From: the human T2T-CHM13v2.0 reference genome, Homo sapiens
DNA: 64,000 nucleotides
Assembly: GCF_009914755.1 (NCBI RefSeq)
Contig: NC_060940.1
Direction: 5' to 3' (one strand)
In this document: positions 1 through 15,849 of the stretch, one piece after another
How positions within the stretch are numbered: the first letter of the stretch is position 1
How the letters are laid out: each line of letters opens with the position of its first letter
Made by a program: the position numbers and the translations under genes
The notes under the pieces: generated by a model
What the model was told of the DNA's origin: nothing
The model's database searches: none
What the model saw: the letters and a program-made list of their open reading frames with translations, nothing else

Positions 1-341
1 CACACACACACACGCAGAGTGGTATGGCTGATTTTTACAGTAATTGGCTCCTAATTTGGGATCTTTCCTAGTGTAAACCAAAGGTTTCTGAGACAGATCT
101 CAATCAAATTAAAATTAATTTTCTCAAAGTTAGGACAGCCTGGAAGAAAAATAAAAGTAACCACAGAAACTGTGTGTGGTTAGTGCCATTCCTTAAAGAC
201 GATTTTTAGGGCTTTCAATATACACAGAGGAAAAGCTGGGTAGAGGGGAAGTTTGGATGGTAAGAAAATTTACATGTGTAATGAAAAAGAAGCACATAGG
301 GAAATATAAAATTACGTAGTTCTCCTGCAGTAAGTCAGCAC

Positions 342-580
342 TTTCCCATGCTGTTCTCATGATAGTGAATAAGTCCCATTAGATCTGATAGTTTTATCAA
401 GGGGAGTTCCCCTGCACAAACTCTCTCTTGTCTGCCACCATGTAAGATGTCCCTTGCTTTCCTGACATGATTGTGAAGCATCCCCAGCCATGTGGAACCA
501 TAAGTCCATTAAACCTCATTCCTTTACAAATTACCCAGGCTTGGTTATGTTTTTATTAGTAGCAGGAGAACAGACTAATA
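342..580 (+). mobile_element. THE1/MST (MaLR) LTR 3' fragment
   Basis: TTTCCCATGCTGTTCTCATGATAGTGAATAAGTC...CCCCAGCCATGTGGAAC...ATTAAACCTC...CAGACTAATA is the typical MaLR LTR 3' half. Confidence 0.8.
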
Positions 581-989
581 TATTTATTTTGCCAAAGTTA
601 AGAACCCACCCATGGCAAGCCTCAGGAAGTCCTGAGACATGTGCCCAAGGTGATAGAAGTACAGCTTGCTTTTATACATTTTAGAGAGACATGAGACATC
701 AATCAATATATGTAAAATGTACATTTTTTTTTCCTTCAAGACAGGACAAATTGAGAGGGGGTTTTGCAGTTTAGAAGTAGATAAGACACAGTAGATTGCA
801 TTGTTTTAAGTCCTTTATCAGCCTACCACTGAATCCACAATTTAGTCAGACTTAGTGAATCTTCATTTTTTCATAAGTGATACTGAAGAGGAAGCAATCA
901 GATATGTATCTGTCTCATGTGGGCCTCAGAGGAATGACTTTGAATAGAAAGGGAGGCAGGTTTGCCCAAAGCCCTTTCCAGTAAAACAC

Positions 990-1747
990 CCTTGTTTTCT
1001 GGAATATCACCGAAGGTTCTTTGTGTCGTGGCTATGAAAATCAAGGACACAGACACACAAAAGGTGAGGTTGGAGCAGAAATTTCATATGTAAAAGGAAA
1101 AAAAAAAAGCTCTCTGTCACAGAAAGGGGTCCCAAATGGGTTGCTGTGCTGCAGTAAAATGTAAGGATTTTTATAAATGTGCTACTGGGGAGAGGGTATC
1201 TTATCAACATAGGATGCAAAAACAGGACCAGGTGTGCCATCTGCATAGAGCGAAGTCTCTGGCAGCCCCATCTCATGCTTTTATTATGCAGGTGGGGACT
1301 TAGCTTGGTCTGCTCCACGTTCCTTATCTCCTTCCACCATGCGTGTGCTGAAAAAGGAGGGAGGAGTTTCCATGCCAGGTCCCAGGTACCTCCTTGCAGC
1401 TGGGGGCATCCCAAACCCCGTACAAGCTAACAGCTTTCCTAGCTCAGTGTGACCCCAGAAAAGGAAAGGAATGTGCTCATTAAGGCCCAGTGTTTTTATT
1501 GGGACCCATCCTATGTATGTGAACTTTGGTGATTACAAACAGAAATACCCTCTCTGCCAGAGTTGTTTATCTATATTTTACAGCCCAATCTTTCAGGCTG
1601 CTCTTTGTTAGAAGTGATCTCTTTGAACTGTGTCTGATTAGAAAAGAAGTTATTTTTGAGCTGATTCTTGTTAGAAGAAAAGTTTTTGCCAGAGACTCTT
1701 TCATCCTAACTATCTACCTAAATAATTTCTTTCTATCTCCTATTACA
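990..1747 (-). mobile_element. ERV1 solo LTR, LTR9-like
   Basis: The reverse complement begins TGTAATAGGAGATAGAAAGAAATTATTTAGGTAGATAG, resembling the recalled LTR9 5' end. Nested in the MER4 LTR; left boundary approximate. Confidence 0.5.
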
Positions 1748-1853
1748 CCAGCTGGACTCTTCTCTTTAGCTTAGTGATTTTGGGGTCTCAAGATTTATTT
1801 TCTCTTCACAATAGGCAGGTACAAAAGGAGACTTCATATGTAATTAAGTTGCT

Positions 1854-2221
1854 TGTATTAGTCCATGTTCAGGTTGCTATAAGGACATACATGAGGCTGG
1901 GTAATTTATAAAGAAAAATAGGTTTAATTAACTCACAGTTCTTCATGGCTGGGGAGGCCACAAAAAACTTACAATCATGATGCAAAGGGTAGCAAACACA
2001 TGCTATTTCACATGACTGCAGGAGAGAGAAGTGTTAAGTGAAGAGGGAAGCCCCTCATAAAATTATCAAATCTTGTGATAACTCACTCACTAACAGGAGA
2101 AAAGCAGGAAGAAAACAGCCCGTATGATTCAATTATTTCCACCTCATTCCACCCTTGCAATGTGTGAATTATTACAATAAAAGGTGAGATTTGGGTAGGG
2201 ACACAGAGCCAAACCATATCA
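1854..2221 (-). mobile_element. THE1/MST solo LTR
   Basis: TGTATTAGTCC...GGGTAATTTATAAAGAAAA...GAGATTTGGGTAGGGACACAGAGCCAAACCATATCA; both MaLR LTR termini present. Confidence 0.85.
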
Positions 2222-7460
<5,239 letters not shown>

Positions 7461-7514
7461 ACCCTCCTCCCTGCTCCCACTCAGGGACCTGATTTGGAGC
7501 TGCCTCCTAAGGGA

Positions 7515-8878
7515 GCAGTGGTGTCCTCAGTGCCCCTTGGTGTCCTCACTGCTCCCTGGTTTCCTGAGCACCCCCTGGTGTCCTGAGTACCCCCTGGTGG
7601 TTGTGAGCAACCCCTGGTTTACTAAGCACATCGTTGTGTCCTGTGAGCCCCTTGTCCTCAACGCACCCTGGTGTTCTGATCGCCCCCTGTAGGTTCTGAG
7701 CTATCCTTTGCGTCCTGTGCGCCCCTGGAGGTCCTGAGCACCCCCCGGTGTCCTGAGCACGGCCTGGTGATTCTGAGATGCCCCTGGTGTCCTGAGCGCC
7801 CCCCTGGGGTTCTGAGCACCCCTGGTGGTTCTGAGCACACCCTAGTGGTTCTGAACCACCTGGTGTCCCGATCGTCCCCGGTGGTTCTGAGTGCCTCCTC
7901 ATGTCCTGAGTGCTCCCTAGTGGTTCTGAGTCCCCTGGTTTCCTGAGTACCCCCTGGTGGTTCTGAGCACCCGCTGGTGTCCTGAGCGCCCCCTGGTGTC
8001 CTCAAAACCCCCTAGTGGTTCTGAGCCCCCTGGGGTCCTAAGATCCCCCTAGTGGATCTGAGCATCCTCTGGGGTTCTGAGGGCCCCCTCGTGGTTCTGA
8101 GCACACCCTAGTGGTTCTGAGACCCCTGGTGTCCTGAGCACCTCCTGGTGGTTCTGAGATCCCCCTGGTGTCTTGATTGCCCTTTGGTGTTTCTGAGCTC
8201 CCCCTAGTGTCCTGAGGGCTCCCTGGTGTCTCCAGTGTCCCCTGGTGGTTCTGAGTGACCCCCACCAAGTGTCCTGAGTGCCCCCTGGTGGTTCTGAGCA
8301 CCCCTGCTATCCTGAGCTACCCCTCACCACAGTGTCTGGAGTGCCCCCTGGTGGTTCTGAGTGACCCCCCCCCCCAGTGTCCTGAGTGCCCCCTGGTGGT
8401 TCTGAGCACCCCTGCTATCCTGAGCTACCCCTCACCACTGTGTCTGGAGTGCCCCCTGGTGGTTCTCTGTGACCCCCCCCCCGCCACACCCCCCCCCCAG
8501 TGTCCTGAGCGCCCCCTGGTGGTTTTGAGCAACCCTGCTATCCTGAGCTACCCCTCACCACCGTGTCTGGAGTGCCCCCTGGTGGTTCTGAGTGACCCCC
8601 ACCCCAGTGTCCTGAGTGCCCCCTGGTGGTTCTGAGCACCCGCTGTTTTCCTGAGGCTCCGCACCCCCAGGTGGTTCTGAACATCCTTTCTTGTCATCAG
8701 TGCCCCATGGTGGTTCTGAGCACCCTCTGGTGGTTTTGAGTGCCCCCTTGTGTTCTGAGCGCCCCCTGGTGGTTTTGAGTAACCCATGGTGTCCTGAGCA
8801 CCCCCTGGTGTCCTGAGCATCTCCTGATGGTTCTTAGCGCCCCCTGATGTCCTGAGCACCCCCTGGTGGTTCTGAGAA
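7515..8878. repeat. GC-rich ~20-bp minisatellite (CCCCTGGTG-GTT/TC-CTGAGCAC) downstream of an IGHV RSS, with ~120-bp higher-order repeats at ~8,250-8,680; contains CTCF consensus motifs
   Basis: Directly visible tandem units. The minus strand reads ACCACCAGGGGGC(G/A)CTCAG repeatedly. Confidence 0.92.
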
Positions 8879-8917
8879 GCATCTACCAGGCAGTCCCCTC
8901 CTGTCCCCCTGCAGGGA

Positions 8918-8956
8918 GGTTGGTGTCTGAGCTCACTCAGATGTCCCCTCACTGTG
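8918..8956 (-). other. 23-spacer recombination signal sequence of the IGHV(III) pseudogene
   Basis: Heptamer CACAGTG (8,956-8,950), exactly 23-nt spacer, nonamer ACACCAACC (8,926-8,918), one mismatch to the VH3-type ACACAAACC. Confidence 0.9.
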
Positions 8957-9382
8957 TCCCTCAAAGTAATACACGGACTTTTCCTGAGCTCTCAGGTTAA
9001 TCATCTTAAAAGAGAATCTCCTGAACTGAGTGTATTTGAGGATTGTTAATCATCTTTTTACTCAAGGAGAGTCCCACTGAGAACTTCCATTTGAATTATT
9101 GTTATTACCCACACCCACCCCTGTCATGAAGCCTGCTGGATCAAGCTTATGCTGTTTTCAGTGAAAGTGAATCCAGAGGCTTTGCAGAAAAGGCAGAATT
9201 CCTGGTCTGTAGTATTTCTCTGTCTGACTCCGTTAGTTAACGTCACAGGGGACTTCTGCAAACACAGAGGCAACAGACTGAGAACAGCCCCACCTTTGAG
9301 CAGCCACAGCAGGGCCTGATCCATGGGGAACCTGGATATTGAGAGTGATGACAAGAGAAGCCCAGATCAGCACAGACCCCAT
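8957..9382 (-). pseudogene. Immunoglobulin heavy variable clan-III pseudogene (orphon; IGHV(III)-13-1-like by recalled gene order)
   Basis: Leader ATG at 9,382 (MGSVLIWASLVITL). Acceptor TTTGCAG before 9,255. The V exon retains FCKASGFTFT and ends ...GTGTATTACTTTGAGGGA directly before the RSS. It has an early TAA, further stops and indels, and no normal leader donor. Confidence 0.88.
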
Positions 9383-9462
9383 GGTGTGGACACTGAGGAA
9401 GGGCACAGATGTGGGGTGGCTCCTCACCAGGATCTACAGGAACAGGGGATGAGCTACTTTTC

Positions 9463-9490
9463 ATTTGCAGAGGAGGGGCTTCATTTCCAT
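9463..9490 (-). promoter_or_regulatory. Degenerate IGHV promoter (mutated octamer)
   Basis: ATGGAAAT at 9,490-9,483, at the expected octamer position ~100 nt upstream of the ATG. A second near-octamer, CTGCAAAT, lies at 9,470-9,463. Confidence 0.55.
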
Positions 9491-9899
9491 GTCTTTCTCC
9501 CTGGGGACATGAGTGCACTGCTCAGCAGGCCTCTTCCCATCTCTGTCTCTGGATTCCAGGGAGGGCAGGGTCAAAGGATTCCTGGGACTGGATGTTCAGG
9601 GTTGATCTGCCCATTACTCTTTTTTTTCTCGTATGTGGACCCCTATAGGGTATCTTTACAGTATCAATATTTATCAACAAATAAGTACAGTAAACAAATA
9701 AAAATAAACCTTGCCCAGAGGAAATGGACTCCTGCCTGTAGGCTGTGCAATTAGAGCTGTAAAGGACTGTCTTCTACAATAAAGGAAAGTCTTCAGTTAG
9801 AATTTTAAAAATGACAATTTCTACAAACTATCAGAGCTGGAGTCCATAATTACCACTATCCTAAGCTCATCTTGCCACATAACTGTTCGTTGTCAGCTA

Positions 9900-10070
9900 T
9901 ATGTGCTTGTCTGAGGAAAAAGTCAATGTGGGGACATGTGTGCTTATCTGAGGGAAGAGTTCACATGAAGACAGGGGTGCTTGTCTGAGGGAAGAGTCAA
10001 CCTGAGGATGCGTTTGTCTGAGGGAAAGGTCCACGTGGGGACAGGTGTGGGCATTGTCTGATGGTAAATG
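9900..10070. repeat. Degenerate ~37-bp tandem repeat, about 5 copies
   Basis: Repeating GTGCTTGTCTGAGGGAAGAGTC...GGGGAC units. Confidence 0.8.
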
Positions 10071-11399
10071 CCCATTCAGAGACGGTGTGTGCCTGGACTG
10101 AGCTGAAGTTTGAGGGAAATCTTTCTCAGTCAAAGGAAGATGCGAATCATCTGGATTAATTGCTTGTCAGCAGGGAAACTTGGTTGCACATGAACCTGAT
10201 AAAAGAAAAGTCTCTTGTGAATGGAAACATCTTATGTGCAAATGGGGAAAGTTACTTCATTCTTTGTTGCCTGCATCTCATGCAATTCCCTGCCCACACG
10301 GTGTAAATGTATTTGATATTTTATTTTTGTACACTCTGCATTTTATCCTGGGGTTCATGATGTGCTACATCATTTTATAAGTTGTATATATTTAGATTCA
10401 TAGTTTACATCATAGAATTATGAGAATTAACAAATTGTGTCATGCGTTCACTACTGCAGATCATAAAAAAGTTTCACTGTTTGCAAACAGTACCTTTTTC
10501 TCCTAATGCATACCCTCTCTCTAAATTTCTAGAAAATCCTCATATATTTATGACATCTACAGTTTTGTCTTTTACAGAATGTCAAATAAAATGTATACAA
10601 CATATTTCAAATAACCTCACTGAAGAAGGTGGCACATAAAGTTTCTCACCTATATAACTTAGAAATCAGGGTGTTCTGTAAATCTAAAGTATAAAGAAAC
10701 TGCACTTAAACACTTTTTTCTAGTCAATAAACATACTTCCAACAGGGGTACAAGTTAACAATTCTAATACCACGATGCATATATTCTAAATTGTACAACA
10801 AATTGAATGAATGGCAAATGATGGGAGGGGTTCCTCACTTTGCAGTAGGTGGTTATGGACAGGCAAGGAAGGAAAGCTTGAAACATTCATGTATCATCAT
10901 AGTAGATTGTAGATACCAGTGTTCTAAAGTTTGAGGCAATAAACATACAGAAGATTGGATACATAAATAGATTAGATGGGTCCATTAACATGGGTTAATA
11001 TATACATACACATTTTCTAGGCCTGTTAGCTTAGAGATTCTAGAAACACTGACAGTACATTAACAACACACACACCCAACATCATAATTTTGTGTGTTAA
11101 TATAATTCTTTAATATCAAGGACCGGCAATCCTTGGAGAAATAACTGATTCTATGTGTAGAAAAGATAATAGAGATAATGAGCTTAGTATTTCTTGTAAC
11201 ACCAGGAAATAGGGAAGTGATCAAAAACAAAAGGATGGGGCATGCTGTAAAAATACAGAATCCAAACTAAATGAGCTCACAGAACCTAAAAAAAAGCTGT
11301 GGTGATTTGAGCGATAAAATAAATAATGTAGCACCAGATCTTCTCCATAGTAAAAAATAAACATTCATGAGCCAACACCGACATTAACAGATTATTGAA

Positions 11400-12200
11400 T
11401 AAAGAAAATTAGAAAAAAGGCACCTTCCATTCAGAAGAATTCTAAACATCTTAATAATCTTCTCATTAAATAGGAGAAATTCAAATAGTTATGCTGTGAT
11501 TGTGGCCTGAGATTTGAGACAAGAGAAAAATCCTGTTAGTGGAATTCATAATTAGTTTTTAGATATCATGCCGAAAGTATGAGCTATGAAATAATTATTT
11601 TATGTAAGTTTACACATACACACACACACACTATATATATATGCACACACACACATATGTATATAAATATTTTTCTGCCACAGACACTGATATGGGAGTA
11701 AAACAACAACTACAATTTGGAGAATATACTTGTAAAACACATATTTGTTAATCAATTTTTTGTTAACTTCGTGAGTGACTTATATAATGGGTATATAAGG
11801 AAACTTACAACTGATCAAAAAGAAACAATGCAATAAAAAATAATCCACATACCATACGAGACACTTCATCACAATTATATGAAATAATTAAATACAAAAT
11901 TTTAATTAGAAATATGTGCGTTTAAACAACAATGAGATATCACTACTAATCTATTAGAATAGTTAAAATACGCAATACTCATAGTGCCAAATGGCAATGA
12001 GGATGCGGAAGAACAAGATCTATCATGCATTGCTGGCATGAACACAAAATTATAATTGCACAAAATGGAAAACATTAAAACATTTTGATATTTTATATAA
12101 TGGAGATAAGTGTAGAGTTAAAATGTGATCTTAGCAGCTGTGCTCCAAAACATTTACAACACCCGTTCCAAAACTTATGCTCGCACTAATATTTTCAGAG
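11400..12200 (+). mobile_element. Old L1 (L1M) 3' fragments
   Basis: AACAACAATGAGATATCACTAC...ATTAGAATAGTTAAAA...GAGGATGCGGAAGAAC...GCATTGCTGG resembles the L1 ORF2/3' end. Boundaries approximate. Confidence 0.55.
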
Positions 12201-12422
12201 GAATTCTATTATTGGTTTTATTAATTTGATTTGTTTTCCACTCCCTGAATTTTGCTTACAGAATAAAAGTTGTATGGAAAATTTCCCACATAATTAGAGT
12301 CCATACGCATTTCTATTTTCCTTTTTTCAGCAATGACTTAAACTCGCTTTCTAAAAAAAGTCTTTAAATCAAATAAAATCCCTGTCATCTCTCAAGCCCA
12401 GCACTGCTGCCACCTCCCTCAG

Positions 12423-12461
12423 GATTGCTGACTGTCTCAGGATGTGGGTTTTCACATTGTG
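12423..12461 (-). other. 23-spacer RSS of the IGHV1 pseudogene (degenerate)
   Basis: Heptamer CACAATG (12,461-12,455), 23-nt spacer TGAAAACCCACATCCTGAGACAG, nonamer TCAGCAATC versus the IGHV1-type TCAGAAACC. Confidence 0.88.
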
Positions 12462-12894
12462 TGTCTCGCACAGTAGTACACATCTATGTCCTCAGATCTC
12501 TGACTGCTCAGCTCCATGTAGGCTGTGCTCGTGGACATGTCCCTGGTCATGGTGACTCTGCCCTGAAACTTCTGTGCATAGCCTGTCTTACCATTGCCAG
12601 AGTAGATCCCTCCCATCCTTTCAAACCCTTATCCAGGGGCCTGTCGCACACAGTGAATATCGTAGCTGGTGAAGGTGTATCCAGAGCTTTGCGGGACACC
12701 TTCACTGAGGCCCCAAGCTTCCTCCTTCAGCCCCAGACTGCACCAGCTGCACCTGGAATTGGGCACCTGTGGAGAGAATACAGGAGTGGATGAAATTCTT
12801 TTTGACTGAAAAGAGTCCTCTCATCCTTCGGAGTAGGTGGTCCTTTACCTGTAGCTGCTGCCACCAAAAAAGTGATCCTTCAGGTCCAGTCCAT
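12462..12894 (-). pseudogene. Immunoglobulin heavy variable 1-family pseudogene (orphon, IGHV1/OR16-type; IGHV1-14-like)
   Basis: Leader exon 12,894-12,849 reads ATGGACTGGACCTGA (MDWT*, stop at codon 5), followed by an 82-nt GT-AG intron. V exon 12,766-12,462 encodes QVQLVQSGAE...GYTFTSYDIH...[26 protein letters not shown]...YYCAR. It has two 1-nt deletions in FR1, the first Cys changed to Arg, the conserved Trp changed to Cys, and a TAA in FR2. Confidence 0.95.
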
Positions 12895-12975
12895 GGTGAG
12901 GAGCTGTGTTCTCAGCAACTTCTCTAGAGGAGGGATGTGGTTGTTGGGTGATGCTCTCAGAGCACAAGAATAACC

Positions 12976-13010
12976 ATATTTAATCTCAGTGGATCTCATG
13001 ATATTTGCAT
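12976..13010 (-). promoter_or_regulatory. IGHV promoter: intact octamer and TATA-like box
   Basis: ATGCAAAT at 13,010-13,003 and TAAATAT at 12,982-12,976, upstream of the ATG at 12,894. Confidence 0.85.
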
Positions 13011-15801
13011 ATTCATGATTCAGAGAATTTTATAACTCAAGACCTGATTCAGGACAAGAAAGAGAGGATAAATGGCACATCAGCCATACAAAAGTGAGAT
13101 GGTGATGGTCCAAGTCCTAATCCCACTTGAGGAAATGCATGCCCTGCTCCATTTCCAAACACTTTGTGGACAGAGGTCCTTTCACTGAAGAACCAGCACC
13201 CACAGGACGCGTTCCTCACAGTGAACCCATATTTGATTAGCATGGAGACAATCTGGATCATTTCTTGGACCATCACTACGACACTGAGCAGATGCCTTTG
13301 CCTCATTCTGGTCTCATCAGCCACCCGCACAGACCACTGGTGACTCTGAGAAAGAGAATGCTGGATGTCCCATGTGAGTGTCCAGCAGGGCCTATGGACA
13401 AGCTGGGTGCTCCTGAGACAGTGTCTTCAGCATCTGCCTGAGATCCTAAGATCTTTAACAGAAGACTTTTAGTTTACTGATTTGGCCTGTGATGTGTGAT
13501 TGGCGCTGATTTTCTCATAAGACTGACAATAACAATGAAGGGTTGGCATAGCAATTAGGAGTTCTTCATGAACTCCCAGCTCTCAGAATAATTTCCAAGG
13601 AATCTGTGTTTTGAATAAGCTTGGGTTTTATTTCTCACTCTATTGAAAATAATTTTGTGATGTATTTACATCAGGAAACAAGACACTCTAACAAGAGAGC
13701 TGTTTTTAGGTGAGGTGCAAAGTAGTGGAGAGATGGAGGTGTCCTTGAATTCTCAGAATTGCTGGAACTTGAATACCAAGTTCACCTCTGAAAGGCAGTA
13801 GTCTATCTGTGAGGATATCAATCAGCTCTGCCTTCAGGAATCTTTGGATGTGGAAAAGATCAGGAGTGTGATTTATTTTTATCCATCGTGGTTAGAGGGA
13901 AACTTCCGGTCCCAGGAAGTGGGTGATTTTAACAGAAGCACCTGAGACCTTTCCTTCTGAGTCGTTTTGAATCCTGAGATCTATTGGAGATCGCAGGAGA
14001 AAGCAATGGGGCAGATCTCCATTCTCCTTAATGTGTGATCCTGAGGATGTGGCCTGACCTCTGTACACTTCCGTGTTAAAAGATGTAGATTGGGGATTGC
14101 AGTGACAATTTCATATGCAAACTCTATAATAGGTCAGCACTGGAGAATAGTCTCATCACCAAGATTACTGCAATTACCTTTCCTGGGAACCAGAGAGAAC
14201 CTCCGTGACCCCTCTCATCTGAGCACACAAGGAACTCTGCTTCTGCCCTGACAGATCACACCTGTGACACGGGGCAGGACAACGACAATCAAGTCTAGTG
14301 TCCTCATTCATATATTGACCAATCTAGCTCGATCCTTCTATCTCTGAAAGGCCCTCTCCTCCACTGAATTGCATGAACATACCTTTGGGTGTGGGGCATT
14401 ACAGCTTTGTTATTTGATATTAGTTTAGTGAATTACATAATAAATAATCTGCCTCCATGGACGCTGGCAACAGGAGAATCATCAGAAGCTGGGTGAGTCA
14501 TATAATCAGGACAAAACTGTGCTCTCTTCTTCGGACCTGGAAAGAGTGGGCTGACCTTGTGTGGGGCAACAGAGGGGAGGAGACAGACCAAACATCCAGA
14601 ACCAGGTGAGCACCTCACTTACCAGGTAGTCTCTGGGCCTTTTGTTTGAACACATGCAGAAGGACCTGTGCTCACCTTCAGGGAAATGGTGAACTTGGAG
14701 AAAAGATCACAGTGACCAATAATTTTTTACTTATCGAGAAAAAAGTGTCATAGGTCTCTATGCATCAGTATGCATGTGTACAGGTTGCTACACAAAAAAG
14801 AGGAAATTATATTAGCTGGAAAGAAAACCAAAGAGCTTCTGAATGCGTAGATGTTGTTATTCTCAAATATGCTAGCTCCCATTTTAGGATGCTGCTCCCT
14901 AGGGGCCAGGACACTGGGGCCGACAGAACATGCTGCTGAGGCTCAGTTCTGGACAAGAGCTACTGAGAACCAGAGACTCACTTCTTCCACACAGCCTCAC
15001 TGATGGATGAAGGCTCTGCCCTGGGTGCAGCAGCACTGAAGACGTTGGCCCCCTGGTTCCCAACCCTGCTTCTATGGAAGAAGGTCTATCCCAGCAGGAG
15101 CTGCATGCTGATAAAGTGGAAAGTTTCTCCCCAACCCTGCACTGAGCACTCAGCTCCTACCTTGAAGAAGAAAAACACTCCTAATCTCCACCTGCAGAAT
15201 CTTATCTTGGAGCTCTGTCTCAGGAGCGGGGGTGAGGCTGAAATTTGGTCATAAAATAGAGTCCCGAATCTGGTCTTGAAGGACCTGACTTCATTTACAA
15301 CAGAGTGTGGAGAATTACAAAGCCCAAGAGTTGCTTCAAAAACGGTGGAGGCTGTGGTAAAATGCACTTGGACGGAGATGGGTGAATGCATGGGAGATCC
15401 AGGCTAAACTGCAGGGCTGCTGGCCTGCAGGAGAGAACCAAGAAGAAAGAGAGCTGGGAAGAGTTCTCCTGGGATCAGTACAAATGTCAGGCACTGTTTG
15501 TTCAAAGGCGCCCATGTTTGTTTGGTTCCATCTGTAGAGCAACTTAGACCTCAGTGCATTGTTGAAAATATAAACTTCCAACTGCAAGTAGTGGAGCTCA
15601 ACATCTGGTCCTGGTCAGGGAAGAGACAGAGAGAGCCCAGCCCAAACCAATGACATGTGAGGGTGACAGTGAAATCCACAACTGTGTCTCTGGGGATCTT
15701 TCAGACAGGCCTTCTGTCACTCAGAAGAAAGTCTGGAGTTCACCTGTAATGCTTTATGTCAAATTTTCAAAGACATTCATGTTGTTTTTAGTTTCTAACA
15801 T

Positions 15802-15802
15802 A

Positions 15803-15841
<39 letters not shown>
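15802..15841. repeat. (CA)n microsatellite
   Basis: Visible CA run. Confidence 0.9.
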
Positions 15842-15843
<2 letters not shown>

Positions 15844-15849
15844 GTTAAA

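Larger units (their letters stand above)
73..1811. mobile_element. MER4-group ERV1 LTR sequence, interrupted by THE1/MST and LTR9-like pieces
   Basis: Starts TGTAAACCAAAGG...GAGACAGATCTCAATCAA, contains GTCCTGAGACATGTGCCCAAGG...TTTTATACATTTTAG, and ends TTAGTGATTTTGGGG...TTCACA. Matches the recalled MER4 LTR consensus; may be more than one MER4 piece. Confidence 0.6.

Noticed and set aside
7515-8878. CRISPR-like array or repetitive-protein ORFs (115-138 aa)
   Set aside because: No unique spacers or cas genes, and the context is mammalian. The ORFs are by-products of a GC-rich minisatellite.
8918-13010. Bona fide chr14 IGH locus or rearranged V genes
   Set aside because: The RSSs are unrearranged, and the V cluster is joined to an ARHGAP23 duplicon, which fits an orphon locus.
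14700-15700. Possible additional V-gene relic or exon
   Set aside because: No leader, YYC motif or RSS found; more likely an old L1 5' region, which I cannot assign confidently.
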